64,000 nucleotides of DNA from Phoronis australis (Eukaryota; Animalia; Phoronida), in NCBI GenBank assembly GCA_002633005.1, contig NMRA01000435.1:283679-347678 (forward strand), written 5' to 3'. The notes under the pieces are model-generated. The model made no database searches. It was not told the DNA's origin and worked only from the letters and a program-made list of their open reading frames with translations. The translations under genes and the position numbers were made by a program. Position 1 is the first letter of the stretch, and each line of letters begins with the position of its first letter. Shown here piece after piece: positions 1 to 12,674 of the stretch.

Positions 1-120
1 GGTCCCCAAAGAACTTGCATGGGGGCTTTTCTATACCAAATTTATGAAAGAGCGCCCCTGGTGATGGTTCTTTCAGAAAACCGCGATACAAAACTGGCAA
101 CACAAAAAAATAACATTCAC

Positions 121-3100
121 CTCAATTTTTTAACCGGTGTCCTCCCCTTGTTCACATCGACAGATCTGTCAGCATCGGCACTGCTCTTACCAAAGTACTT
201 TGAACTGACACTCGACTTCTTTGTTTCAGCAAGAGGACTACCACCGTGGCTAAGGCGTGATTGCTTGAATTTCACAAGTTTTGACGGAGACACCGCAAAA
301 GCATTTGGAGAGCTCATTTTCTTTCGACACTTTGCAGGTGTTCGACTCGATTTTAATGCCAATCGGCTTGATCGCCTTGAGGATGATGACGACACGCTGT
401 CCGTTTCCCGGCGATCAGCCTCTCTTTGAATAATGTCTCTTGCTAAATCTTTGCTAGTAATACTGTCACTATCATCACCATGGTAACTGCTTATTGTAGA
501 GACCGCTTCATCATTTAAATCATCCAATAGGAAGTCGGCAACGTCTGTCCCCTTGTACCAACTGTGCTTGAAATTGTTGGCCTTCGGGTTTTTTATATCT
601 AAAACAATATTATTAAGTCACACAGAGTGAGAAGAAATGGTATAATCCATGCAATGAAATTTCTTTAACTTGAATAACCTTCATACCTATTTAAATAATT
701 GTAAATGAACCCAATACTATTTTAATCTGTGTGGCAGCAGTTCAAGGCATTATTTGTGTGGGGAAACTAAAGCCTATAATTTAATAAAATAAATTCCACA
801 ACCGACACATTTTCGTTGAACAACCACCTTGTAAAGTATCTCAACCAATAAATCCAACAGGAGATGAAATCACATATCCATACAACGACATATCTTTAAG
901 TTAAAGTTTATACAATTTTAAAGAATTGTAAAAGAACCCAATAATACTTTTTATTAGTGTGAGGACGACAATAACAAATGAGTTCCTGACACGTAACCGA
1001 CACGTGTTCCTCGAACAACCAGTAAATAAAAGGTTTCATAATACCTTAACACAAACATTTTTCCTTGGAACCTTCACAAAATCTGATCTTGGAAACAAAA
1101 AACAACATTCAAAAGTAGAGAATACTTTAAAAAGTTTGCTTGACAATACAACTCTCAGCTATAACCTACAAGTAAAAAATAACTGACAAGCCAACAAGCA
1201 TTCAAATTTGTAAGCACATTTGCCACAATAGCACCATTTTATGACGGCAGAAATTCTATTGATAACAAACATGCAACCCTTGGAGGACACAGCTATTGAA
1301 TTATTTCACCTTGCCGTCTTTTGACCCCCGGCTACTACGTCTAGATAGATAAAATGTATCACAGCATTTTGGCAATAACAAGAAAAAAAGCCAGATTTGA
1401 AAACTTTGAAAGCAAGCACTACTTTGTTTTCTGACGATACCGGTCTGACATCACATTTTTCTCAAAGGAAGCATGTTTTCTAGTCCCATAGTGACTTAGG
1501 GCGCAGTAATTTCTCAAACAGATTTGAACTCTGGAAGTAATTACCTATTTTCTGAGAAGATTTGATTGACGTGAATGGTATCTCTGGTGAAACTGGAGCA
1601 AATTGACCTCTAGGCCCTCGTGGCAACTCTTTGCTGTTGGATACTCCATTCGCTTGACTTTTCCGTCGTTCAGATGTTGGAGTTTTTGAGCAAAACTGCG
1701 AACTGAGTCCCTTTTCGTAATTTCTATCCAGCTCAAGCGACACAAGCTTAGTTCCGTCGTAGGATTTACGAACAAAAAAGCAGTTTTTGCCCACCTTTTT
1801 GCGATTGTTGAAATGTTTCTCATTTGGGCACGCTGTCACCTGCAAATATTATACAAGCTCATTGGCTCGTGGGGATTGAAATAATTTTTTTTTAAAATTT
1901 ACTTCATGAACACAGTTATTAAAGACTTCATCAAAATACAATCCTGTTATTAAAGTACATTTGATTTGCGGTGAATGTTTCATAGCTATCACACTTAAGA
2001 CTATTGTTAATGGTGTTTACATAATTTCCAGAACAAGAATAACGCAAAAAGTTGAAATGCACCGCAGATGGAATGCTACTAAGGATATTTATTAATATCA
2101 AGAAGGATACTAGATGGTGCAGAATACGAGTGTAAAAATCCAAAAATAGAAAAATGACAATTTTTAGCAATTATTTCTTGTCTTGTGAAACCATGTTTGA
2201 CCCCAACGAAGAATTTCTACGACAACTGCGGTGGTTTTGAATTGGATTGAACTAAAAAAAGGAACCGATACGTTTAAGTTGCATTTTGCCTTGCTTAGCT
2301 GTAACTTTAAACGTATTTGCAGTTCATAACCAAAGAACCAAAACCAGGACCTGATCACGGGAAAGGGCGATTGTTGCTTCATGCAACTGACCTAATTTTG
2401 AATGGAATTCCTTGCACATAATTTTCAAATTTTCCAGGGTTGGCCAACTCCAATAAAATCACTGATATTCTGACATATTTCGTGACCCACTGAAGGTTTG
2501 TACGTTCTTCTTGACAATAGAAAACAAGTCCTATCATGGCAAGGGAAACTTTGTAAGCAGGACAAAATGCAGCTGCAAATAACTCATGGAAGTCGCATCT
2601 CGCAAACCAACAATAACTCACGGTGCATTTTTCAAAGATGGTCTGCACATCAATGTCGTCCTCAATGCCGAGCAAGATTTCATGTTCATTCTCCAGCTGG
2701 TTCACCACCTTCTTGGGAAGTTCGTGAGACCGCCAGTACCACTGAACCTGTGCACGACACTCTTCTTTGACTTCGTCTGAAGACAAAATGTGGTTGAAAT
2801 ATTCGATTGTATATGAAAATAGACGTTTTCATTGGTTCCACACAATGTCTTTTAAGACCACCTAACTCTTACGAATGGTAGGTTCTGACTCAAACAACCT
2901 TTCTTCTACATGTGTAATCCTTTCTAAAATCTCTCTTTACAGCAACCTGTACGCTATTTACATTCGCAGAACGTTTCGGTTGCTCATTTCTCTAGCCATC
3001 TTCAGGTATTGCAATGCTCTTAGAAGAACGAGCACGGGTGTATGGTACACTCATGATGGTCAATAATGAGCACGCAATGATTATGATTACCACAGGATGC

Positions 3101-4709
3101 ATCCTATTATCAACGCAATATGTGTTCATAATTGCAGGAAATTCAGTTACAAAAAGTTATAACATGAAGGGACAAAATCAAAATAAATATGCACCAGCGA
3201 CACCTAGCTGTAAAATATGAACAGTTGCCGCGTACCTGTATTTTTATTGTTTAATATTTAAAAAAGAGGACCCTTACACTGGACACTGACTGCGTACCTC
3301 AACTTGAAAGTACAGGTTGACATGTCTTCCCTACCTTCATACAGGCTGACTACTTTGGCAATGAAAGCCAATTCCTCTGGGTCTTTATCATCGCCACAGT
3401 CCTCATTGCAGACCAACACATGGTCTCCACACATCACAGTCAACTCATTGACCTTCATGCCACTGAAACAAATAAATGCCAGAACGGTGTTGCAGTTTAA
3501 GTACCGTAATTCTTCACTTATTTGCCGCACAGTATGTCTGACAAGTGAAATTCCATTACGTTCAATTTCTCCACAAAAATAGTGGTTAAGAAAATTTAGC
3601 CCATAACTAGCATGGTTTGCATTCAATAAAGTTTTCATTATGGGAAGCACGGTAAAATTGATCAATTTTGTAATTATTTTTGTGCGAAATAAGTGTAAAA
3701 TTAGCATACCATACTAGTAAGACTGATTAAGACGCCTTACTTTGACACAAAAGGTTTCGAGTTCAGACTCGGCTGGAACAAGGTGATCTTTCACTATACG
3801 AGTGACCAACAGTAGTACATACTTATGGCAACAGAGAGGGACCACACACACTCCTGAGTTTGAAGAGCAGGCAGATTTGCAAAACGGGGTTGACTGGATT
3901 GTGGAATTCAAGGTGGCATGACCCCTCCCAAATCCAGGCCGCAAGACACCTCCCAATTTTATTGGTTGGGGAAATGTGTGGTGAATCTGATCAAGCTGGT
4001 CTGGTTGACCATGTGTTGTATAGCATGGCAGTTGGTAACACTCTGTACGTATACTCCGTGAAACCTAACTAGTGAAGCTGAGAAATGCTCCAATAGGAGC
4101 TTCACGTGACGGAAGCTTTTCGGCGAATTATGCCTCACATTAATTCCAACATCAAAGTCACCTTTTGCGCATCTGAGGGACACCTTGGGTGACCACATCT
4201 TTAAGTCCTTCCAACTCGAGAAAAAACTCTTGTAAAAATGGCCAGTTGCTAATTTGGGCAACTGAACGAAGCCGAAGGACTGCTCGAAAAACAGTTTGAT
4301 TACGGGAGTATTTGTTCGAGTTGGAATGAATTAAAGACATCGACATTCTCCAAAGGTGACCCTCTATGGATGTGCAAAAGGTATTTACAACAACATGACT
4401 TTGATGTTACAATCAGTGTGAGACATAATTCGTCAAAAAGATTCTGGCAATATGAAGCTTCACCGTTTCTGTGGCCACTGTCTATAATTTGGTTGGAGAT
4501 AGGATTAGGAGCCAGCATGGAGAAGTAAAATTCTTGCCCACGTAAAACTTCATCAACAGTTTTCCTAGTTTCAGAAAACTATTCATTTTAAGTGATTTGC
4601 ACCTGTAATAAAAGCGATTCGATAACCGCCTATCCCGGACTTGTCCTTTGCCTATCCATTTTACTTCTTTGGTTTCCACTCGCTCGCGAAAATTCCAGTG
4701 CCGAACCAT
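121..4709 (-). CDS. ORC1: Origin recognition complex subunit 1, 5' part (BAH domain and disordered linker); continues past the left edge
   Basis: Phase-compatible GT-AG exons 4709-4603, 3462-3335, 2776-2622, 1839-1545 and 598-121 give MVRHWNFRERVETKEVKWIGKGQVRDRRLSNRFYYSGMKVNELTVMCGDHVLVCNED...LAFIAKVVSLYEDEVKEECRAQVQWYWRSHELPKK...HEILLGIEDDIDVQTIFEKCTV...CFFVRKSYDGTKL. This matches the ORC1 BAH pattern (WxG, YVAKLLELFE, RARVQWF) and is followed by an S/TP-rich basic linker. Adjacency to PRPF38A supports the call. The AAA+ domain is not in the window. Confidence 0.85.
4098..4460. repeat. Degenerate inverted repeat in ORC1 intron 1 with hammerhead-like arms
   Basis: The reverse complement of 4098-4190 aligns with 4351-4460 (shared AAAAGGT, GACTTTGATGTT, GTGAGRCATAATTCG, AAAAG, TGAAGCT). 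Confidence 0.65.
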
Positions 4710-4952
4710 GTTGCACGCTAGTTTGTCTGATTACCGCTAGGTTCTTGCCTATCCAGGCTAGTCACGTGATCTATTCGAAATGTCATAAATTCAACATTTT
4801 AGATGCACCAAAACCCAGTGAATTTGTGCAGACGAGATCTTTATTGCTCTTAGAATATACATGCTATTGTATTTGATTCAACATCAGTTGAGCAGGACAT
4901 TTAGCCCTTACGTTTGATGTTCGAGAGATTCTGAGAAATTGTGAGATCCAAA
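4710..4952. promoter_or_regulatory. Putative bidirectional promoter and 5' UTRs of ORC1 and PRPF38A
   Basis: Only 243 bp separate the two divergent ATGs. Contains an E-box (GTCACGTGAT, 4761-4770) and an AAAATGGCG start context resembling a YY1 site. TSS positions cannot be seen from sequence. Confidence 0.7.
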
Positions 4953-7900
4953 ATGGCGAACCGCACAGTGAAAGATGCTCACACTGTGAAGGGGACAAAT
5001 CCTCAATATTTAGTGGAAAAGATAACCAGGAGTCGCATTTATGAGTCTAAATATTGGAAGGAACAATGTTTTGCTTTGTCAGGTGACTAAACTTTTGCTG
5101 TTTTCTCAATTTTACTGTCAAATTTTGCACCTGTAGTAATAGCCGAGATCACCCGACCCGGGGATCGAACCCGCGACCCCCATAAAACCAGAGACTGGCT
5201 AATACTGTAGTAGCTGACACAAGGTGTATATTTAGTATACAGCTTTGCACCAAGACTACCTCTGCCATTGCCAGCTGTTGGCCGGTAGGCGGTAATTGTT
5301 GGATGGGTAGGTCCCAGATTTAAAATTGAATTGTGAAACAGTTACTACCTCTGAATAATGAGTGTTCTTCAGTGGGAGTAACTGGTTCTCAAATCAGGTA
5401 CCCATGTATCCGACTATTACCTTTTGGGCAATTACATTGCCATGTATGCCGAAGTTGGGAACTGGCCATTTTTACACTCCTCGAACTACAGGATATGAAA
5501 TAAGCTCCCCGACCCGGCTGCGACAGACATGACGTGAAAACGCTGCTGTCTGATGACACTAATGTTTAAGAACACACGACCACTCGTAGAATTGCAATCT
5601 GGTTTTCCAGTCGTGGATTCGTATCCCACCCCTAACCCCAAATCTGTAGTATGTTGTACCTTTACTGAGAAACACCACAGAATCACACTGTTGCAATGTT
5701 GTGCGTAAAATTGGAATCCTGCTTAATCTCAAGATGGCGTATGCATGAATTTCACAATGAAACTTTGCAAGTTTTATTCAAATAATCACGTTTACGTTGA
5801 TAAGAATTTGCACTGCACTTAAGTAAATTATGTGTTAATAAAACAATGTAAATTTAATTAGTGATCGTGAGGCCAATAATTACGAAAATTCATTACACAG
5901 AACAAAAAAATCCCCTGATTGCCTTAAACGAATATTTGATTCCAAGTTCACGCACAACAACAGCAAGAATACATTAACTGTGAATGGCCGTAAATATCTG
6001 TCCCAAGTTCAATTTTAACCATCTATGCTTATCTTGATGCCTGTGCTGTTATTTTGTGTCCTGTAGACTTGGAATTTGCACAACTGATATGTAGTATTAT
6101 TAGATTTTAAGAATACTATAATGTTGTTTGGTGTCAAAACATGTTAAATGATCAGATGATCATAGACGCTTTTTGTAGCATTCTCTTAAAGTGTTCATGG
6201 ATGCGAAAATTTATTTAGTAACTGTAATACATGCTAAGGCTGTCTCCATGCGGATTGTCCAAACAAGAAAGATATGCAGTGCCACAAATCTATTCATATG
6301 CTTCCAGAGCTTGACATAAGCGAGTGAACGCTCGAAAATACAAGTGGTAAAAGTCGTATCACTCGTCTGGGGTTTTTTGGTTGCCACTTATTACAGTCCT
6401 AAATTCGAGAATACGAGTGGAAAACATGTCATCGCTTGTATTTTCGAGTGGACTTTTTTGCCTGTGTCGAACGTTGGCTTCGTAATTTCATTCATTGTTT
6501 TATCAAATGTGAGCTTTGCTTTGATGATCTTTGTCCCATTAGTTTGAACTTCAAAGAAAGATTTCTTGCTTTTAGCTGAACTATTAGTGGACAAAGCTAT
6601 GGAGTTGAAATATGTGGGTGGTGTGTATGGCGGCAACATAAAGCCTACGCCATTCTTATGCCTCATTCTCAAGATGCTTCAGATTCAACCAGAGAAAGAC
6701 ATCATTGTGGAATTCATCAAGAACCCGGACTTTAAGTAAGTTTCTATGTGTTGCCGGTGAAAAAGTATTTTCTTAGAATAATTGTAGTTATATCTCATCT
6801 GTACTATTTTGTACTATAATGCTCCAACGCTGACCAGTATTTGTCATTACTTAGGGAGGTACTCAGGGACCAGGAAAATTATTATGCGTTGGACATTGGG
6901 CAAACAGTTTGATGTCCGTTATTCTGTTGAGAAAACTGGTTGTTGACCACTGTTAGTGGCCATTGCTGAAAATTGTTTTAACTTGAAAATTTTGTTTGAC
7001 TTTAACAGTTGTGATTTATTTTTTGTTTCAGGTATGTCCGTGCCCTAGGGGCCTTATACATGCGACTGACTGGAAGTTCCTTAGATGTCCACAAGTACTT
7101 AGAGCCTCTGTATAATGATTACAGAAAAATAAAAAGGCAAAACACTTCTGGAGGTAGGGTTGCTTTTTAATTTGAAGTTACATATACCCCATCTAGTGTC
7201 GAAATGTGAAAACACCAACGTCTAAATTAAACATTTTTTCATTTCTCCAAGGTAAGAATTGATTGAGAGGAATGGAGATACTGTTTACTTAGCAATGGTC
7301 TCATGATGATATGGCAGTTCTTGTTAAAGGTTATGTTGGACCATAAGAAGATGGCCAATTTTGGAACATCACATCTCAGAAATGGCTGATGGGATTCATA
7401 TGAAGCTTGCAGATACTATGTCTTACACACTGTTCTCCAAAATGCTGCCAAGAATTGTTTTTAAAATGTTTCGCTATTGTATCAGGAGCTATCAGAAAGT
7501 CGGATTTTCATGATTTTCATGAAAAAACTCAAAACTTCCGAAAATGAAATGATGTTGAAAACTGCAATGCCGTTTTTGAGATTTTATCTTGAACTTTGAT
7601 ATTAAATGAAATTTGGTCATGTTATTCATATTGTTGTTTTGCTATCTGTGCCTTTCTGTTTTGCTAAATTTGGACTAAAAATACATGGCCACGTAATTTA
7701 ATTGCTGGCAGACTGGTAAAAAGTCAAAAGTCAAAATCTAAAGACGTTTTATATTCGGAAAACATATTTTTTACTGGGATAAAATCTACAGTTTTGTTGG
7801 TATTTGGCTAACTAAACAATCCTGTATAACCTTTTAACATATATTTAAGTCATATACATATTTTGATTCAGAACCTGAGAATGTCCAAATTAAGTTTGCC

Positions 7901-10900
7901 TGCAAACTGGGCTTTCAGTCGTTTGAACTCAATACAATCAATTATGTAAACGAGAATGAACTATTGCGCTATACACATAACATTGTTTATAGCATAAAAG
8001 TTCCAGATTTGCGAGCCAAAGGTATCGTTTAACATTGTCAATCACTTTCTTTTTGCAATGGTTATTTGGCATCATTTGCACACGTAGCCTAGTTCATTTT
8101 GACTTGCCAATAATTTTCATGCAATAGCACATCTTAGATTTTTTTATATGACAAATGCCTCATGCTTCTGAAAATAGGTTCGAAATGAAAGTTTTAACTG
8201 TTGGATAGTCGCCAGAGCCCAGGGTCTAATCTCTTTTCTCAAAATCGATCTGGAAATTATTTTTGGCATTTCGTTTACACAATGGCTTATATGGATAACT
8301 TTCTGATAATTATTTCCTCTTAATGATCCCAGCATTTAGTCTAAAAGTTCGAGTCTGAACTCAAAATTTTTTCTTTTATCTGAAATCTTGAGTTTTTGTA
8401 GCACCGATATAGGCGTCATCATGTGCAAACTTAGTCTTGAAACTCGTATGCATAGTCTATGATATGTCTGAGCACAGAATAATAGATACTTTAGTTTGCA
8501 CAAAAGTGGAACGGAAAATGCTGAAAATAATTTTGTGTTTGATTTCGACTACGAGGTTTAGACCGTGGCCCTCAAAGACGTCCAAAATCTAAGTTCTGGT
8601 TTCAGGCTGATTTTTTTATTCCATTTTCTCTTTGTAGAGTTTGAGTTACTGCACATGGATGAATACATTGATGAACTGTTGCGAGAGGAACGAGTGTGCG
8701 ACATTATTCTACCAAGGGTGCAGGTATGTGCCGTATTATCATCTCAGATTATCGCCTTTGAAATTTTATTACACCAATTTATTTTATCTTATACAAAATC
8801 ATAATTGTATAGGAAAGGGTATATACAGTACGATCCATTAAAGAACTGTTTTTTCCATTGGTTTTAACATGCTATAATAACACGTCTGTATCAAACTTGT
8901 GTGTTCTGTAGAAACGACAAGTGTTGGAAGAGTCCAATCAGCTCGATCCCAGAGTTAGTGCACTCGACGATGATCTCGAGGAAGGTGACCTATCTGACGA
9001 GGAAGAATTATTAAAGGTATCGCCTTCATCTCGACTGTGGTAGCCTCTCTTTAATTATGCATTCAAATTTCCAAAATTTTGTAATTCCTAGCTTTTTTTT
9101 CACACTTAACAAGAAATCCTCAAAATTTCCTGAAGTTTTGTTTAAGATAGCCGTTCAGTGCAAATCATTCTATTGTTGAAGGCAATTTCTTTCTCAACGT
9201 TTGCTTTTGTCAAGAAAGTTTGATAAATTGAAATGTCCCGTCTCTGCCATTTTCTGTGCTAATTTGAAGTGCCATTAGCGTAAATTAATTCGCATCATTG
9301 TTTGTGATGTGGAATGACCTCATTTCCAATGTTAAACCATGCAAAATCCCTCCCCCTCCTTCCGGCCCTGCCCCTCCCCAGTAGTTCCCCCTCTCTGCCT
9401 TCCCGTCCCTCACTGTGAATTGGTTACTGAATCGTGAGTGTTCATTTCATTATGTTTGAATAGTTCTCCTTCACTACCGTGAAAGAAAGTTAAGAAGGAT
9501 CATCAACAATCTTTTAAAAAGTTCATGGATTCATTGTTTACTGGATTTCTAAAAAAGTCTATGCCATTAAGTTAACACTGTAACCATTGTTGTAAATGGA
9601 AAAATTTAAAGAGATACATTTTTTCCCCTGTGAGCCTTTTATACCAGTTTTCCTGAAATTATTGCTTGCTAATAAAAAGTAATGAAACATGCATACAATA
9701 GTTTTGTGCTTTGTACATAGTCTAGGCCTAGGTGTGAGGTGAAATGACAAACAGACCTTGTGATACTTGATACTTCAAATTGGTGGAAAATGCTTGTGAT
9801 GTGAACTTTACTCTCGATGAGAAACTTAGGTATCTTGTAATAATTAGTGTTTACTCCGTGTGTACTTTCTGTAGACGGAACGTTAGAATTTGCTTGTTTT
9901 ATATTGGCAGTGTGATGTTGTTAAAAATTTAGAAACTCTAATAGAGAACTGAGTGAAAGGTGGGACCATTATTTCCGTGGCTACCAATGCAGTTACTGTT
10001 CTGTTTGGTAACAGATGTAGAAACCACCCAGTACAAAACTTTATTTTATGGCTTTATATTACATAAGCAGCGCCTGAATGGTAAACCTCCAAATAAAACT
10101 GTATTGCAAAAACAAATTGAATTGTATTACTATTCCAAGAATCACGTTTATTANATCATGCAGAAAATAGTGCAAGTGGTCTGCTGAGGTGCGTTGTTTA
10201 TTTCCCTGCAATCTCTCTCAACACTGTGAAAACATACACAACGTTATGGCTCTTACAATTCTACTTAATGGTGGCTATACCATTAAGGTAAAAAATGTCC
10301 TTTCAAATTTCTAGGAAGAAACAAAAACGACCGCATCTCCGGAGAGAAATCAACGCGACAAGTCGAGACGGAGTGCATCACCCAAAAGAAGAAAAAGTAG
10401 ATCACCGACCAGGCGACGGTAAGTACCTTAAGCTCTGTCGAGGTAGTCCTGTAGAGGGTGCTGTGTGGGGGAGTACCGTAGGATAGGATTTCATTGCAGC
10501 TTTATTGTGTCGTTCTCTGTTTTCAACCGTAACTCCTCCATAATACTGTATTCGCGGAGCAAGTTATGTGCACATGTATACATGAAGGAACATTAAGTAC
10601 AATGGGTTGCATCACCTCACATTCAAAATTGGTTGAAAAACTTGAATTGTAAGTGCTTGTGACTATACAGTTTTAGAAAATAATAAACTGTAAGTCTTGC
10701 AGGAATGTTTCTACCTTGCAGTTTTAAATCATAACTGTCACATTATTGTGTCTTTTTCGACATCATCATAGATGAGCCGATGTTATGCGTCAAGGCCAAG
10801 ACAAAATTGTATGTCTGCTGGATAGGTGCTCATTTCTGATTCAGCTTTCAAACGTGCCTGATTTTGTTCTTTGCCGTTCAGGAGATCAAAGGAACGTGAT

Positions 10901-11455
10901 AGGCCGGGACGAGAACGTCACCGCAGCAGGTCACGTGAGAGGCGACACAAGTCAAGGTCACCACATGATCACAGCAGGAGGCATGACGAGGATGACAGGT
11001 GACTATTTAATATAAATAGTTGTCTTTTCATTGTCTGTATCATTGTATACTTCCCAATGTCAAGTCCTGCTCAGTATTTTGGAAGGCAACTTTTTTAAAT
11101 TTCAGTTCTGGTTGTGTTCAGGCATGAATGAACGAATTTTAACCTAATTAATATGTATTGCCTTTGATATATACTAGGAAATCAGATTGTAAAGAACAGT
11201 CAAATTATCTGAATCTTATTGATTTCACAAATCTTTTGATGAGAAAAAGTTGGGTTATTCTGTGTTCTATTGTCTATTTTCAGAAAACGAAGCCACAAAA
11301 GTAAGAAAAGTAAACATGATCACAGGGACCGAGAGAGAGATGAACATAGGTCAAAGGACAAATCTAAGAAAGACAAGTACTACAGTGAGGACCCGGAGAT
11401 TGCTGAGGCCAACGCTCTACGGAAGAAACTCGGACTAGCTCCTTTACAGGAATAA
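4953..11455 (+). CDS. PRPF38A: Pre-mRNA-splicing factor 38A, 331 aa, 8 coding exons
   Basis: Exons 4953-5082, 6576-6735, 7032-7153, 8638-8723, 8912-9016, 10315-10418, 10882-10998 and 11284-11455 total 996 nt, are all GT-AG and stay in frame. Translation: MANRTVKDAHTVKGTNPQYLVEKITRSRIYESKYWKEQCFALSAELLVDKAMELKYVGGVYGGNIKPTPFLCLILKMLQIQPEKDIIVEFIKNPDFKYVRALGALYMRLTG..., then an acidic stretch, an RS-rich region and the C-terminus EDPEIAEANALRKKLGLAPLQE. Confidence 0.97.
5132..5241 (-). mobile_element. Solo-LTR-like copy of the same tRNA-promoter LTR family, in PRPF38A intron 1
   Basis: TGTAGTAATAGCCGAGATCACCCGACCCGGGGATCGAACCCGCGACCCCCATAAAACC is nearly identical to 50906-50963. The copy is internally deleted and ends in TACA. 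Confidence 0.7.
5291..5421. mobile_element. Degenerate MITE, same family
   Basis: GGTAATTGTTGGAT ... ATCCGACTATTACC termini, with the internal family motif TTCAGTGGGAGTAACTGGTTCTCAAA. Confidence 0.55.
7325..7740 (+). repeat. Interspersed repeat (probable non-autonomous DNA transposon), homologous in inverted orientation to about 16540-17017
   Basis: Shared blocks GATTCATRTGAARCTTGCAGATACT, GAATTGTTTTTARAATGTT and TGGCAGAYTGGTAWAAAGTCAAAA. Begins TTAAAGG; a Kolobok-like identity is a guess. Confidence 0.6.
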
Positions 11456-12674
11456 CGTCTGTGTCGGATTTAAACAAACCGACTAAGAATAGTTCACTTG
11501 CCCAATTTCAGGTGTAGAAATACCTGGTCGGACTGAATTTGCGGAGGGAATGTGCGAGGCTAACGGAAGCAACTGGTACAAGTTGCTCTACAGGAACAAC
11601 TTCTTCGTGTCTGTTTCAACTGACTGCGCTGACGGAAATTAGTTAACCATCGAGTTTCAGATGATGCCCCATGGCAGTTCTAGAGTATTTGTTTCTTTCA
11701 TTACTTACAGAAATACTATAAATCTCTTGTATTTAATGCCACCTAGAGGGTGATTCTGTGGCACTTACAGCAGAAATGTAGGGAAGACTATTGGATGCTC
11801 CTAATTGTGGATTCCACAGTACGTTAATTCGACGCTTATTTTGCACAAAAATAATTGGTAACATTTTTAATTTTCCATTTTTAATTTTTCATTGGTTGAT
11901 TAGTTTGCTGCAAACAATGGAAATTTTACCCAGCGTTGCTTTGGGACCTCTACACAGTACAAACTGTTCTAGTAATGGACTAAAATGTTTTTAATCTATA
12001 TTTCTGTGCAGACATTTGATAAAATAAATATTTCACTTGTCGGCCATATTGTGTGCTAAAGAGGTGAAGAATTAGTGTATGTTTGCTTTGAAGTAGAAAG
12101 GAAAATTATAAAATTGCCGTCCAATGAGCGCTTGTAGTCCTACCATCTGTTATACACACTACTTTTGCGAACGTTCATCTCAGACAGAAACTTGAACTAT
12201 ATCATTTGCTGCAAAATGTTCCCTGTGTCTGCTATAGTTGGGCTGACTCATCAAATTCCAATTGAAGAGATCTGACTTGAGTCTGAGCTTGTTTGCCAGT
12301 TGGATTGCGTAGCTAAGAAAGAACATCATACATCTGTTTGGTCAGATTGAATTAGCAAAGAAAATGTACAAATCACTGGTTTCTACCTGTTCATGTTTTT
12401 ACTATTAAAATAAATGTATATAAAAACCTTAAATGTTAAAGTGTTTTTTTTTGAAATTACACCATAGGTGATTTAGCTATACAGCTGTATGGCAAGCAAC
12501 AAAAAAGTTACATATAAACTTGTAAGAGAACGCGATAGGCAATGACGTGTTCACTCAGCCTGGAAATTTACTGTTTCCAGTTTTATTTTCAATACAAATC
12601 TGGGATTTTGTAGGGCTTATCACTCCATGTGTGAGAACTCCACACCCCTCCCTGGGCGCCGATACAGAAATAAT

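Noticed and set aside
19-429. 136-aa plus-strand ORF
   Set aside because: It is the antisense shadow of the ORC1 exon at 598-121.
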